Made by a program: the position numbers and the translations under genes. A DNA stretch of 64,000 nucleotides from Hydrolagus colliei (Eukaryota), in NCBI GenBank assembly GCA_035084275.1, contig CM068749.1, forward strand, positions 17,608,001 through 17,672,000, given 5' to 3'. This document shows, piece after piece, positions 22,501 to 36,694 of this stretch (position 1 is its first letter; each line of letters opens with the position of its first letter). The notes beneath the pieces are model-generated. The model was not told the DNA's origin, ran no database searches, and saw nothing but the letters and a program-made list of their open reading frames with translations.

Positions 22501-25500
22501 CTTTGGCCTTCCTGTGAACAACTGCTTGATTCGATAAATTTCTACTCCCATCTTCAAAAGCATCAAACACAGCCAATCCGAAACAAAACACCAATACTCC
22601 GAGTGCTTAATAAGAGTTCATTCCAGATGTGTGGCTAAGGATGTGATTGATCACAGCTATCCTTATTGTGAAAGGCAGAGAACTGCTGGACCTCACTGGG
22701 AGAAGACAAAGCAGGTCCAGTTAGAAATCATGTGAGGAATGTTAATACCTTGTTGCCGGTGCTAATGAGGTAATTGAAGGCAGCAGCCCATTTTTAGACA
22801 ACTGTTTGGTGTTGTCTGTCCATGTTTGCTCGAGTGCCACACATTTTTTCCATTGTTCCTTCGATAACAGTTCGATCAACGCGTGAATAAACCCTTTCAT
22901 TTGAGTTCCCAAAACACACTGCACAGGTTCGTTCAGGGCCATATTTCTCAGACCTATAACTATAGTGTGAACACACCACGCCATTTTGCTGGGGCCCAAT
23001 TGCAGAGACTGCTCTCAGCATTATTGTACAAACCCAGTGCACAGTAATGCTGAGAGCAGTGCTGTTAAATTCCTCCCATGTCTCAGTGTGAGTTAGTTCA
23101 GAGTTGTAAAACATCTGGCCGTTGCATTCCTGAGAATATTTTCATAAATGCAGAAAATGAAACGCATTGAGGATAATGTATATGATAATAATGAGACTTG
23201 GACGAGACCCAGAATACACAAGTCTATTGTGAAAATAATGACGTGCAGTCTGACATCAGTTTTACTTAAGAAATCCACATAACTTGGTAAAGAACAAGTA
23301 CAACTGAGTTATAGATATTGCTTTTTTTCCTCTCAAGTGAAATAAATCTGTAGAACATTTCAACACCACGGGGTTTTTTTTCATTATATGCGCACTCCTT
23401 TTTATAAGGTAAAACATATTTTTGATTCGGCTTGTGGTTTCATTTCCGTAATGGAAAGCTTATGCTTCAGGTCTTTATACAATAATGTCTCGAGTCCCAA
23501 TCTGACATCTACATTGTTTGAATATATTGGCGAAATGTGAGACCAGTATAAAGTATGGATTTAAAAATAGTTTCATTGTATTGCATATGCTACAGGAATG
23601 TTTTCTTTCTGTGTTGGGCAGAATCATCTGGGATTTCAGTTGAGTAGATGCAGGTGGAGAAGCAAAGGAGCATTACAGGGTTAACAGAAGGAATCTGAAA
23701 TCTCGGCTGACAGTCTGAGTACCCATCAAAATCTTTTGAACATCCATAAACTAACGTTGGTGTTGTAGAAAATAGCCTCCAGCCATTCACTATACCTGTA
23801 CCCATTTCCAGAGCAGAGTTAAACATCTGTGTGAGAACATGACAGTACACCTTCTGGATGATACAATCAAGGTTTAGCCTTTGTGCAATAACTGAACCAT
23901 ACAAAATACGACTTTTAAAAGATTTTTTTGTTGCTAACTGAACTCATATCTCAAGGACAAGGTAGAAGGGTGCAAGTGAGACAATAAAACTGGAGGGCCA
24001 GCCTGTGACAAATCATATCAAACCATTATTAAAGCAGGAAAACTATTATTGATCTTGGACAGAATTTCTCATAACCAGAGTCCTGCAATCATAACACAGA
24101 CTTTCCCCAAGCCCAATACCAGCCCACTAACTAACTGCAAGACTGGGTAGTAGAAACAGTATATTAGTTTGAAGCGAGAGCTGTGCGGTAGGGGGTCACA
24201 CGGGTCACAGAGTCAAGGAAGCCAATCGGAAACTGAATTCTTACGACCTAATAACAGCAGTTGCTAGTACTTTCAATAAAATGCTGAAAACACAGTTTGT
24301 AAGCTTGCAGTTATTCTGTGAAAGTGTTAGCTGAATGAATTCATGACCTCTTTAGAGCAATAAGGACATACCTCCATTAGTGTCCATATTCTAGAAGTGA
24401 GGAGGCTGATACAGTCAACTAAAGCGACAGGGTGATAAATATAAACCCACTGTTATCAATAAGCCCTGGAATGTAAAAGCACTTAGTTTCAGCTTAAGTA
24501 ACTCGTAGAAAGTTTGGTTTCATGAACTGGTGCATCATCCATCACTACTCCTTGTTCTGTTGACAATGTAATTGCAGGGTATCTGGAATGAAGGTTCAAT
24601 ATGAACTGACATTTTTGAAAGTAGGAATTGTGCATTGCACTTACTCATTAACTGTATTTTCTCCAGCTAGGGATGTTTCCATTTTTAGTCCATGTATGAC
24701 TAACTTTAACATAAGTTCTCCTGACATGTAAAATTTAGTCTTCAGCATACCGATTAACTTACACATTTACTTTGGAAGATGTATTAGTAAAAATGCAATA
24801 ATGTAGTTTTTATTACAAATCTTGAAAGCCTTTTATAAAGTGTGCTATATTTAAAAGCGGTAACTGAAATGAGGAGGATAATCTATAATGACAGCACTAA
24901 TGGATATCTTTTAATTTTTAACAAAGTTACATTTATCGTAATTACAACAACTATGCTTGGCAAGTAATCTTTCAAATTCTCATTGATTAACTGGTCATGT
25001 TTGTTAAGTGCTCTTGTTAACATTAGCACTCTGTGCCTGCTGCTGACAAACTACAGTCCAATGAAAGATTAATGAAAGCTAGTTAAGTGTGCTGATTAGA
25101 AACTGGCGGTTTAATAAAGTCCTTCTGCTTGAGACTATTCTAATGCATTCATGCTCATGTAGGTTATTCTCTGGTCAGCTTGACCACCTTTGAGTTATCA
25201 TTGAATACTTTAATGCCACAGAAGAAGAAAATGGTTGCATTGTATGAGGTAATTAGCACTCTGGCTGATAAATAGGCTGATGTCTATGTACGTTCATGTT
25301 TGTTGAAGCCTGCACATGGCGCTTCTGTTAAAAATATGCATTGTCAGAAGATATCACTGCCTTAAATACCGTTTTGGCTTTCTAAATGCTCAGATGTACA
25401 AATGCTACCGATTACAAGCCAGTATTGTTTTATTCATACAAATTCCCTTCTTTTAACAGGGATGAGGTTTGCAAAACAAGAACGATGTATGCCAATGCAA

Positions 25501-26077
25501 AGGCCTTATTGTATATTATCAGATTTTTCAGCGCTTGTCGATTGTAGTTGAACCAATTGTTTTTAAAATTCACAGCCATGAAAAGGATTATCAAAACATG
25601 ATGAATGTAATAGAAGAAGTAGCTGTTTCCATTTTGTTGATACACACATGAAACGTGACCCACATCTTCTGTAGTCTGCTCTGCTTTATGCAGCATGTTT
25701 TATAGAAGATTATTTTAGGGCATAAAAGATAAAACACCTTTGTCTCAGAACTGAAGTCCAGTCCTAAAAAGATCCAAATCGATTTTGACAAGGAAAAGCA
25801 AAACAGAACAGAGAAACAGTGACAACAAACTGCTTTCAATCACTGCTGTCTTCACCTTTTCTAAAAGCTTCAGGAAATTTATATACAGTGTACAACGCTG
25901 AACACAGAAGCTAATGAATGGAAATAATATTGGTTCGGTAAAAGCACGCAGCAGATTCCACAGACGTAGCCACTGGCAGACAACGATGTGTGTACTAATT
26001 ATGGGACGTTGACACTACCAAAGGGCAAAGTTCATCTGTACATGACCAGCTACTTTCAATACTGTATATTCAATGGG

Positions 26078-26458
26078 TAATAACAATCCTTGCATTTGAT
26101 ATGGTTCCTTATCATGTTGATATGTCTCAGACTGCTTCACAAAGCTTACTGTAAAATAGCGACGTCTTCCTGACGTGAAAAGCACTATACAAGTGTAATT
26201 TTGTTGTTGTTTTGCTGTTTTCTTTAAAACATAGTGACTGTGATTTGTAAGCAACTTTGTCCCACAAATAGCCAAGGAGTGAATGATCCCTTTTCCTTTT
26301 TTTAAAATAAAAAACAGCAAGATTAGTGACCAGGATATTAGGAAAAACTCCCCTCTCTTTTCAAACAGTGCCGTGGGATCTTTAACGTTCACCTGAACAG
26401 TCAATCAATCGGGACCTCCGTTCAACACCTCATCTTATCGGTGGCACCTCTGATAATA
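26078..26458 (-). mobile_element. Old Deu-domain SINE with a roughly 50-bp L2 tail inserted in the opposite orientation (about 26160-26210)
   Basis: Deu block 'aaactcccctctcttttcaaacagtgccgtgggatctttaacgttcacctgaacag'. Insert 'gacgtcttcctgacgtgaaaagcactatacaagtgtaattttgttgtt'. Confidence 0.75.
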
Positions 26459-26694
26459 GTAATCTCTTGCACTCACATAGTAAAAGGAAAGTACTGTAAT
26501 ATGAAAATACTCTTGTGTTATTTAGAAACATGGGGTGGCTTGATCATGTTTCTTAAGTAAGGGAAATAAACAGGATACTGCAACAGAAAAAAGCCAGTGG
26601 TTTCAAATCAATGTCCAGTATAAATCCACTGCAGCCAATTCCAATGAACATTAATGTAGAGTGTAAAAATTCAAGGGCAGTCCATTGTTATAAG

Positions 26695-27485
26695 AACCAC
26701 ACAAAATTATATTTATTAAGCGCCTTTCACATCAGGGAGACATCCCAAGGCACTGAACAGTTGGGGATCAGGACGGGAGGGATCCGTCTTAGTGAGTTGG
26801 AGTGTGCATCCATGGTTGCTGATGCTGCCAGTGCCTGAGGTACAGAGGCGCTGCGGGAGCAAACAGGAGGGTCTCAGTCTTGCTGACATTCAGTTGCAGA
26901 AAGTTGGCTCTCATTCGGGACTTGATGTCTGATAAACAGTCTGTCAGAGCGTCAGTTGTCCTGCAATTGAGGCTGGAGGCAGAGCGATAGAGTTGGGTGT
27001 CAATTGCGTACATATGGAAGTTGATCCAATGTTTGTGGATGGTGCCACCAAGCAAGAGCATGTGTAGGTTAAAGAGGAGGGGATGAGGACAGGGCTTTGA
27101 GAAACACCGCACAAGACTGTGCAGGGCCTGGAAGAGAACAATTACAGCAAAATTACATTTGTAGAGCACCTTTCACATCGGGAGGACGTCCAAAGGAGCT
27201 GAACAGTCAGGGGTCGGAACCCGAGCAGGGGGAGTGGCAGGGTAGGTGGGAGGGGACGGAGAGAAACCATTGGTGGAGACACATTGGAGATGGTGTGAGA
27301 GATAAAACCTAAAAGAAGACATTCAAACACAGAACCTTGAAGGTTGAGGTGAGAAAAAAGGTGGTAGAGGAAGATGGAATGGTCCATGGTATTAAAGGCA
27401 GTAGAAAAGTCGAGGAAGATTAGGAGGCAGATGGAGCCCTGGGCAGAGATGGGCAGGATATTGTTTGTGACCTTGACAAAGCAGT
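26695..27485 (-). mobile_element. Composite L2: RT fragments interspersed with two 3' tails
   Basis: Minus-strand order is RT part VKVTNNIL...LDFSTAFNTMDH (27485-27290), a 3' tail (27290-27135), RT part PLLFNLHMLLLG...FHMYAIDTQLY...WM-like RMRANFLQLNVSKTE (27115-26800), and a second 3' tail (26790-26695). Confidence 0.88.
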
Positions 27486-30400
27486 AACAAGTAACCACAT
27501 TTTACAATAAATATCCGATGTTTGATGTATTAGTGAAGCTCTGGTCATGTGTATCTTTAGCCCCCTGCCCCCAAGAGCAATTCAGAGTATCTTAGCATAA
27601 TCAGCTTTTCCGATCTGAATTGCTTCCAGCAGTGGAAAGGGGGAAAAGCACTTCACCTTTTTGACCTGACTTCAAAAAGCTTCTTTTGACTGTAAAGGCT
27701 CCCCCATGAACTTTGTCTGAGCGGCCAGAATCCTGAGCTTGGTGAATGTGAGCCTACAGCACAAAACGGATAACCTATTTGGAGTTTTCTCTCGTGGTTA
27801 GTGTGGTCCAAGGATTAGCATGCTACAGCAGGAGCATATGGGTCTTCAAAGGTTGGAGGTTAAGGCATATAAAGCAGAGAGAACGTTGCTTTACTTTGGC
27901 CAAAGTGTACTTTTCCTGGAGTGGTTAATACCTACACTGGAAGCCTCAAATGGGAATGCAGTCCATATAGAGAAAAACGATCTGCCAGTTGATAGCGCCT
28001 GAACCTCCCACCCTACATCAGAATGCTGCCGGGCGCAAAGCTTGCCTTTCTCTTGGCAGTATGGCTGCAATATTGAGCCGTGTAAATAATGACATTCTAT
28101 CTTGCTGGTTTCCTGAGGAGTGCTCTTGTACTTTCCAACAATGGAACTAATTATAGCCCTGGAGAAAGTCAGACATTACATTTCAACAGTCTTGATTTCC
28201 CATTAGAAGAAACAGAAACGTCAACACAAAATTACAAAAGCCACAAAAATGTCTCTAAAATGTAGCTGAAGTCCTCTGCTCATCAGGAGCCCGGTCAAAA
28301 ATACATCTTGACTGCTAACCATAAAAATGTGTTTACTTCCCACCTGAGGATTGAAAGTTAAATTGTGACATTATTAGTTCCTCTAATTCCACAAAGTATG
28401 ATCGTACAATATTTACAGTGTGCAGGCTGATCTGATATGCTCCGAATCTTAGAATATAAAGTGTTTCCATCCATCAGCTGGGATTGTGTTACAATTTGCT
28501 TTAATGCTACTATCGTGTAGTTGTATTTTTTATGGAGCAACAAACACCAGTAAAAGGAACATAGAATTGTACCAGAGCAGAATTGACAATTGCCATCCAT
28601 TTGGGTGTTTCCAAACTGAAACAAAACCATACGCCGCCTGGATTGAATTTGGAAAAAGAAGAAGATGCTGAGTTTTATTTTATGAACTGTAATACTCTGT
28701 CTCCTTTCCAACAATTACTTTCCCAATTTAAGTTTGATTCATAGATTCAAAATGGGTAACAGATGGCATGTGTGTTCTCTGGATAAGTTAAGAGAAGAGA
28801 TGTTCATAAATAAATTGCTGCAATAAAATTTTAAATGGCTTTTAAATGAAAAATGGTGTGATGAAATAAATATAGAAATTCAGACAATGTGCAGTGCTTT
28901 ATTATTTCTGCAGATTTAATGCTGAAATATACAATATCAATAGTGTATTCAGGAAAAGCAATACCCCAACTTTAAAACTTGCAACACAGTTATGCTCTAC
29001 TGTATCATATCTAACTTCTGGAATAAAGCATTATTGAGTCTTTTTCAAGCTCCCAAATGCAAACCACAGAATATACTTTGCTGGGTCAATATTTTTATAT
29101 AATAATTATGCCAACACAGACTTGCCCATAACCTGGTCATAACCTGGCCGGAATGTATTATTTGCTTCTGCAACTCAAGGGTAAAGAAATATTTGCAAGT
29201 GTTTACAACTGAAAGAACCTCATCTCATCTGAATGTAATATGTCGTAATCTTTGGCAGTGTTTGTGTTTACTGACCAAATATTTGGGTCCCGTCAGATGG
29301 ATCTCAATAGCCTGAGCAATCCTAGGTTATGTTCTAATCTATTTATTCAATTTAGTTATTTAAATTCATTTTTATACTGGGAATAGCTCACGAGCAAAAT
29401 GGTAATAGAGTGGCTGGAGAATCTCAATTGATCCCAGAGGACTAATTCACAGCAGGATCTTCAACATCCGCTAACTGAATGATAGAATTAGATATGAAGC
29501 CATAATATCTGCGGATGAGATTAAGATGGAAAAAAAGATATCAAATGCGAGGTGCAAGCTGCTTGGACAAAATGTATAAAATTTTATTGTAAAGTTGGGG
29601 TAAAGGTATAGTGTCAACTTGGTAAAACAAAACTCTCAAATTTGGATTAGAGAACTGTTCACGATCCATATTGGGACCTGAACATTTCTGCATCATTCCA
29701 CCAGTTGAATGTTTGACATGTTGCAGATACAAATAGGGTGGAATTACATATTGAGGCTCTGCTTCAAGGCATAATCCAGAGACACTAAGATCAATCCTAT
29801 AGGTTACATGTAATGACATTATACCAAACATATTGGCTAAAAGAAAAGGGAAACACTTTTGAACCCAACATTAATCTTTCCGACAATAATGGAGTATGTT
29901 CATTAAGAGATACTTAGGTCTTATGCATCTTTCCCTGAAACAAGAGTAAGCTGCTTTAAAGTCATTTAGCCAAATACAATTTACCCTAGGAAATCAGAGC
30001 AGAGGAAATGAACCCGCCCTACATATCTGAATAACAGAAAGCTTCAGTTCGAAGCATACTTTAGTAACCTGTAGTATCAAATTAGACCATGGGGATTTAA
30101 TTTATTTGGCTAATAAAGCAGTCTGACCAGATAAAAGTTCAGTGTGTTGAAAAAGTGTGACCCTACCCTTAATCAGGAGGGATTGCCGCTATATTACAGC
30201 TCTGTGTCTCCCTGGAGAATCAATTTTGCATCCCCGTGTGGTCTCTATAGTGCTAGTGTGAGTCTTTCCTTGTAATTGCCAAATTATCCCACCCAACTAG
30301 GACTGATTCAGCAAAGTGCATTTTGTAGGTCTTTTATTATTCATTTAAATAACTTTCTCTGCATTTTAATGTCAAGGTGTGGGTTGACAATGTCACAAAG

Positions 30401-31767
30401 CAGTATTTTTCCAGATTGTAACTGTATAAGATGTTCAGAGGCTATCTCTGATATGGTACACTCATGTCCAATGCAGCCTTTCAATGCCAACTCGAGAAGG
30501 ACACTCTCTCCTGCCTCAGAATAAGATTTCCATTCTTTGCAACCTCTGCCCTTATTGAAGTGGGCTTACCCAATTAGTGCTGGATTCAGGTTGGTTTTGT
30601 GCTGCAGATTCATTGAGACTGATAAAAATGCAATTCACCTGTAACCTCACATCCATCCACAAGAGGAGGCTTTTATACTATTAATCCAGGTTTAATTTAA
30701 ATCCAAATTTTGCATAAAAACAGCAATTCAATGATAATGCCGCAGCCTCCAACCCTTGCCTTCTGCTTTTGAGGTTTTACTTTTTAATCATGCTCAGTAA
30801 GTGCCAAAATCAAATCTGCCTCGTTACCATAATGGTTATTTTTTGTTATTTGTACCAGTAAACCAAGATCAGAACGTTCAAATCTAACCCAGTTTATACA
30901 CTGATGGAGCTGAGATCACAAGCACAGCTGCTACTAAGCAGTAATGTAGCCATTCTCCCGAGTTCCAGGGGGTAACTGGGATTGTGGGATTTTTTCAGGG
31001 TCAGCTGATTCCGAGGGGACGTGCTTGGCGATGGAATGTTGGAATCAAGTTAATCAGCTGTGGCCATCTCGGTACTCCAGATCCTGAGCCAGGCAGGTAC
31101 TTCAAGGCTCTGTTGATAAATAAAAAGAAGGACTTGAAGGACAAATCAGTCACTGGAAGAATGGATTCTTCCCACTCAACTCCTCTTAACCTTGCGACTA
31201 GGGTAAGGTGATCCTAGCTGAACAAGCCACGGCTTTTGCAAACATCCACCGAATTAGGCAAGCAGAGTGCATAGAGAGAGTGTGTATTCCAGTCTAGAAA
31301 GTGAAACATTTCTACATGTATGTGGCATACAAATGTGGACATCCCAATCATAGGTAATGGATTCGCTAAAGAACATGCGAATGGTTTCCACATGTCATAA
31401 ACCTGGCTGAACCCCCAAAAAAGGCTGGCATTAAGATGTAATTTATATTGTTCGGAAGAACTAACTGAAGTTTGAGCTCAAAGCAAATGCACTCACTTTG
31501 GAAGCAGACTCCAGACGCACCCAAGAAAGAAGATGACCTATTACTCAACTAAACTGTTTCTTCATTTGGTTAAAACTGCTCACTGCCAACACCAGTGGTT
31601 ATATCACTTCATCAAGTGTTAACTGTTGCCAACAAACAAAATCTTCCCAGAACACGAGTACTAATTATCCGCCTTGAAAAACAATATTATTTTGCTGATT
31701 GACATCCACCCTATAACACAGATGTCAGACAGAGTTATATGAGCGTTATTTCAAGCTGATACTGAAA

Positions 31768-32370
31768 CAATAAGAAAGCATGGAACGAGAAAAGGCTTTC
31801 TGCCCATCAGGATCACTCTCCCCACAGATCCACAAATCATGGATTCATTTTAAATTTCTGTCCTTTAGTTTTGTTCTCAAGGTCAAAGGGAAATAATGCA
31901 CTTAACTCATCTATGCCCCTCAATATTTAAGGACCTGGATCATGTCCCCCTCCCCAATCTTTTTCTGATGAATGGTAGAACAATTTCTCACAACCTACAG
32001 TGAAAAGCTCTCAAGATGCACCCGAGTACTGCATTTGATTAGCTTTTTAAGACAGCAGCGTCAAGTTGCCTGGCAATCTGTGGAAGATCAATCATCAAAC
32101 CCAAGCCATTTTGTACCATGCTAAGAGACACCCCTTCCAATTGAACATTTCTGTACATTAAAACCAACACTTTATTGCTATTTATTCTCATATTACTCAC
32201 TTGCCCATGAAGTCTGATATCATCAACAAATGCTACATTACCTGAAATATTCTCTTCCGAGTCATTTATAAATATTGTAGCCAACAAAGGGCCAGAACTC
32301 TTCAAAGTCACTGTTCTGAAAAAGCTGATTTTCTATTTATTATCACCTTCTGCTTCCTGTTGCTAAACTG
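31768..32370 (-). mobile_element. Old decayed CR1 fragment (RT core to 3' end, with deletions)
   Basis: GPLLATIFINDSEENISGNVAFVDDIRL resembles GPLLFVIYINDLD...KFADDTKL. A CR1-like 3' UTR trace lies at about 31770-31810. Confidence 0.72.
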
Positions 32371-33529
32371 TAGCATGTAATATGAAAAATGACAGATGGT
32401 AGAAAGCAAACATAATGGTGCCATTTAATCTTGGGGTCCAGATGAAGTCCAGGACTATTCAGGCTGTGCTGCCGTGGCTTATGATATTTTCAAAACCTCA
32501 CAATTAAATCAGTGCTGAAAGTCGCTCACAACCATTCCCAATTTATACTGTATCCAATTTATTATTGATAATACTTCCGATTTTCCACCATGCTTCAACA
32601 AAGCTTTTCTTTCTCATGCAGCTGTTTCACACAGGAGGACAGTGTGTAGTCCAGGGCACAAACTTCTCCATGATTCAGCTTTGCAGTCAGCCAACAGATG
32701 TGCTTGTTGCTGTGTAAAGCTGACAATGTCCATTTTTTCTTTCCCTGGGGCTTGATTCTAAATGGGGCACAGCTGCACCAGTTAAACTAGGACAGCCCGA
32801 AGAATGTTCTTTGGTGCAGCTGCATAAGTTGCACAGTGAAACGGACAATGATTTGAAATGCAATCGTAGCACGGCTCATTTATAACACAATATTTACAGG
32901 CTCGCAAATTTCTGCCAATTTTCACCTGCCTTCAATGTTGCTTTGTGCACATAACACTAATTAGTGTAAAAATTAGCATAGGGTATAAATTGTCCATAAA
33001 TATGTAGAGGAATGTAAAGGTGCATTTCGAATACCTGTAGGATATGATTTTTTATATCCCACTCTTGAAACAGACCATAACTTGCAGGGATCTGTCACAC
33101 CTGAGTTATCAGGTCAGTACACTCATGGGATTTAAATTGTTTCCCACGGGTCTTCATAATGTATTCTGTTTATACCGAACTTAAAAATTAATTAGGTAAA
33201 GTTAATTAGGTAAAGAGGTTTTTTTAAAAAAAAATCTAGGCTTAATGGCTCCAGATCAGCTAGAGGCAATATGTGTACAAATTAAACTATTGTCATGTGA
33301 TGTGGATTTGTTTATACTTTGATTATTCACTTCAGATGTTCCTGGGGAAAATCATTCTTGTAATTGGAAAGTGATTTCACCTCTATGAAATATATTTCAA
33401 ACAAATGGCGTAATTGAACGAGGCACCACTTCTTTTTCTACCCTGAAAAGAGGAATGTAAACTCCTGGTTGTATTCTGCGTGAAGCATTCCAGTAATCTC
33501 TGAACTATTTCATTCTCACAAACAAAAAT

Positions 33530-33910
33530 ATAAAAAGTGTTTTGCACTTCAATGCTTTGGTTCAGTTGATCGCAGCCAGTTCCAGCAATAGTCATGTTAC
33601 AGTTGAGATCAGCGCCACTAGATTCAGAAAGAGGAAGAAGAATCACACAGGATTCCTGTTCCAGTGAGCTCAGCATGTATGGTTGTGTGTGTGTGTGAAC
33701 ATCAAGGTGAACATGGGATCAAACATTGCAGTGATGTCTTCTCTCTGCTCCTTCCACCTTCCCCTGCCACCCTCCCACCTACTCACATAGGTTCCGTGGC
33801 TAGGTTCAGACATGAATTATGGAAACTTGGGCAAGGTACCAGCGCCAGGAGGTACCAGTGGAACAATAGACCACCAGTGTGAGTAAAGCCCTTCAGGGGA
33901 CAAGAAGAAA
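33530..33910 (+). mobile_element. Ancient SINE-like interspersed repeat, copy 2 (family unnamed)
   Basis: Colinear degenerate blocks shared with 8320-8660 and 60190-60280. Confidence 0.5.
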
Positions 33911-35541
33911 AGGGAGGGGGAATGTTAAATAAAGTATCAAATAATATTGTTTTGCACTGCAGCGAAGGAAGAAACCGAAACTCTGCTATTTTATGATCTG
34001 GGCTGGATGCTGCCGCCCATATTCAATTATTTTGGGGGTGCAATAAACATAAACTATTTGTTGTACAGCGTAAATCATTAGCAGTGTCTAAGAACAAACC
34101 TGGTAGTTGCTTTAATTGATTTTCTTTTACCCAGCAAAACTGGTACATTATGGCAAGTGGGTCTTAATAGCAGGTTGCTCTTAATTGAATTACAAATAAA
34201 GATGGCCTTTAGCAAGATTCCCGTCATAGTCCATGCTCCCATGAAGGTGCCAGATGAGACCATTATTAGTTCCATGGTGGCTGGAACACAAGCTCCTTCA
34301 GCACAGCAAGGAGTTTCTATTTGTGCCCGGCATCTGAAATGACCAAAGAAACTAATAACCTGCACTGTGAGGTCAGGTGGCCCATTGATGTAGCTGGAGA
34401 TAGGTTTTTTTTAAAAGAAAATCTGTATTGGATAATTCCTTTCCTGCACGCAATTGTTTAAATGATTTAAAGGCACTGCATCAGAAGAGGTCTTTTACAA
34501 TTATAATTACTTTAGGTTTCCAAGCCTTGAAACAAAATGTTCTTTACTCAATTTGATGAAAGGATTATGCTACACCAAGTCTCTTGATGACAGATGGAGG
34601 TTAATATTCATTAATTTTTCCATTTGTCAGAAAGTTTGCCAGGCCACTGAAATGACAGGGTTTTCATTTTTCCAGCCAAATATGTTGACGATAGCTGTTC
34701 TAAAGTGCTACCAAGTCTATTCTAGCCTCAGCTATGTGTGGGCCATGTGGCAGAGGGTTAAGAGTAGCCAGTAAATCATTGCTGCCCAGGAATGCCATAT
34801 GGTTTTGTCATGACTCATGGGCTCAGTCTCTCCATCTATAGGCACTGATGAAAATGCTGAGGAACCTATTTCTGGGCATCTGTGGACTAAATAAACAGAG
34901 AGACCAAAATATCATTGGACCTTGCATACTGTCGCTTCCTATGATGGATGTAGAAGTCCAGTTTTAAATACTAAATCAGTCTTTTCCATCTCCATTAACA
35001 GATCACTGCTTCATCCGGAAACAACCATTTTGTGATTAATTAAAATATGATTTTTTTTACTGATGATGTCATTGCACTGGATCAAAAACGAAGCTCACTC
35101 TCATTCTCTCTCTGCCTCTTCCACACTTCATCTGCCGAGAAACATGCCGTAGTGAAAAATATTGAAATAAATGTCTGTCATCGGAGTTATTACAATTTAT
35201 TTCACTCCTCGTTTCACAGTCATTCTATTGAGAAAGCATAATATAGTTAACGAGTGACAAGAAATCAGATAAGCTCTATTAATAAAAAGAATAAAAATCT
35301 GAGTGATTGTGAGAGGATTATATTTGCACACCCACTGTCATTTCATTGTACAGTACTACACTTTCCCCCCCTATCATAATAACAAAGAGAGTGGGGGTGC
35401 TTTTTATCAAATCCATTTGGAGGCAATTTATCCATTGATTTAGATTTACCATCACTGATTTAGATTTACTCATGGTAGAGTGCAGTCTTGTAAAGCAGAT
35501 TTGATTCTAATGCAGGACATGGGTGGTGGGGGAGCACCCAT

Positions 35542-35632
35542 TAATAATAATAATAATAATAATAACCCTTGCATTTCACATAGTACCTTATCACGTTGTC
35601 AAGACGTCTCAAAGCACTTCACAGAATATACT
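35542..35632 (-). mobile_element. SINE 3' tail with (TAA)n
   Basis: (taa)8 then 'cccttgcatttcacatagtaccttatcacgttgtcaagacgtctcaaagcacttcacagaatatac'. Confidence 0.8.
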
Positions 35633-36694
35633 TGGTGGGTGAAACGTGTTGTACAATGGTGTGATTTTCAATTTTATTCAATTAGTCTGGAAAAGGAGCC
35701 AACTTGGCCTACAACATCAAAGACCAATTTACATTTTGTTGTTCAGGCATTATACTATAATCAAAATGCAACATAATAATCCCGATCACCTGCAGCAATC
35801 TCTATCAGCTTGAATTGCTCATGCTCACGGTTTCAAGACCAATACAAATAATAATGGGGACAGTGGACACCATTGCCTCAAGGGAAAAACAGGAGAATAT
35901 AACCTCATTGATTAAAAAACCTCCAGTGAAGGCTCACTATAAAGGATTCATATCCATCTAATAAAGGAGATGACTAAGCCAAACTGATGGAGAACAGTAT
36001 TACATACATCTATTCTACTAGGTCAAAAGCCTTCTTTGCATCAAGGGATATGATTGCTGCTGGAATGCAAGATCATATGCCGGGTGTATTAGGTTTATGA
36101 GACTTCCTAGATTAGCTGAGGATAGCCTCTTAAAATCACTGAGGTCTATCATACGCTGACCACTAAAATAGAGATGCATTTTCTTCATAATTTTCGTAAT
36201 GCAAAATATTGTTAAATAGGTATAACAAAAAGACTGCTATTTTTAGTAGTCAGTATTACATAGATCCCATTAACCCGCTCACATCGGTTGGGTCTTTGCA
36301 TCCACGTGGATCAGGGAAATTGACATCTTTTTATCTTTGTGCATTTCCTTCAAAGAGATGAGCAAAATCAGGTTACCTTTTCTTTACAGCTACAATAAAT
36401 TCCCATCGGGAATTTATCAATCCCACACAATTTACAGAGAGGAAATTGTCTTTAGACATTTCACAACTCAGTAATCTGTTAAAATTAGGTTTATTCTCCT
36501 CAGTAAAATTCACTGCTTATCAAAGGCAAATCAAATGGATTCTCAGTGGTGTCACATTTGGTCGCATATTTTTATAGTCGGCTGGGAAAGCTTCTTAGTA
36601 GGTTAACCTTACTAACCAGCCTGTTTGGTTACACAATGAGAGTAATTAAATCATTATTCCTAAATTTTCTAACCATTGCAGATCTTTTGCTTGT

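Noticed and set aside
23590-23904. 104-aa minus ORF with LTQMFNSALEMGTGIVNGWR, faintly like the LINE pre-RT motif
   Set aside because: The flanking motifs (PGPDG, YRPISL) are absent, so it is too weak to call.
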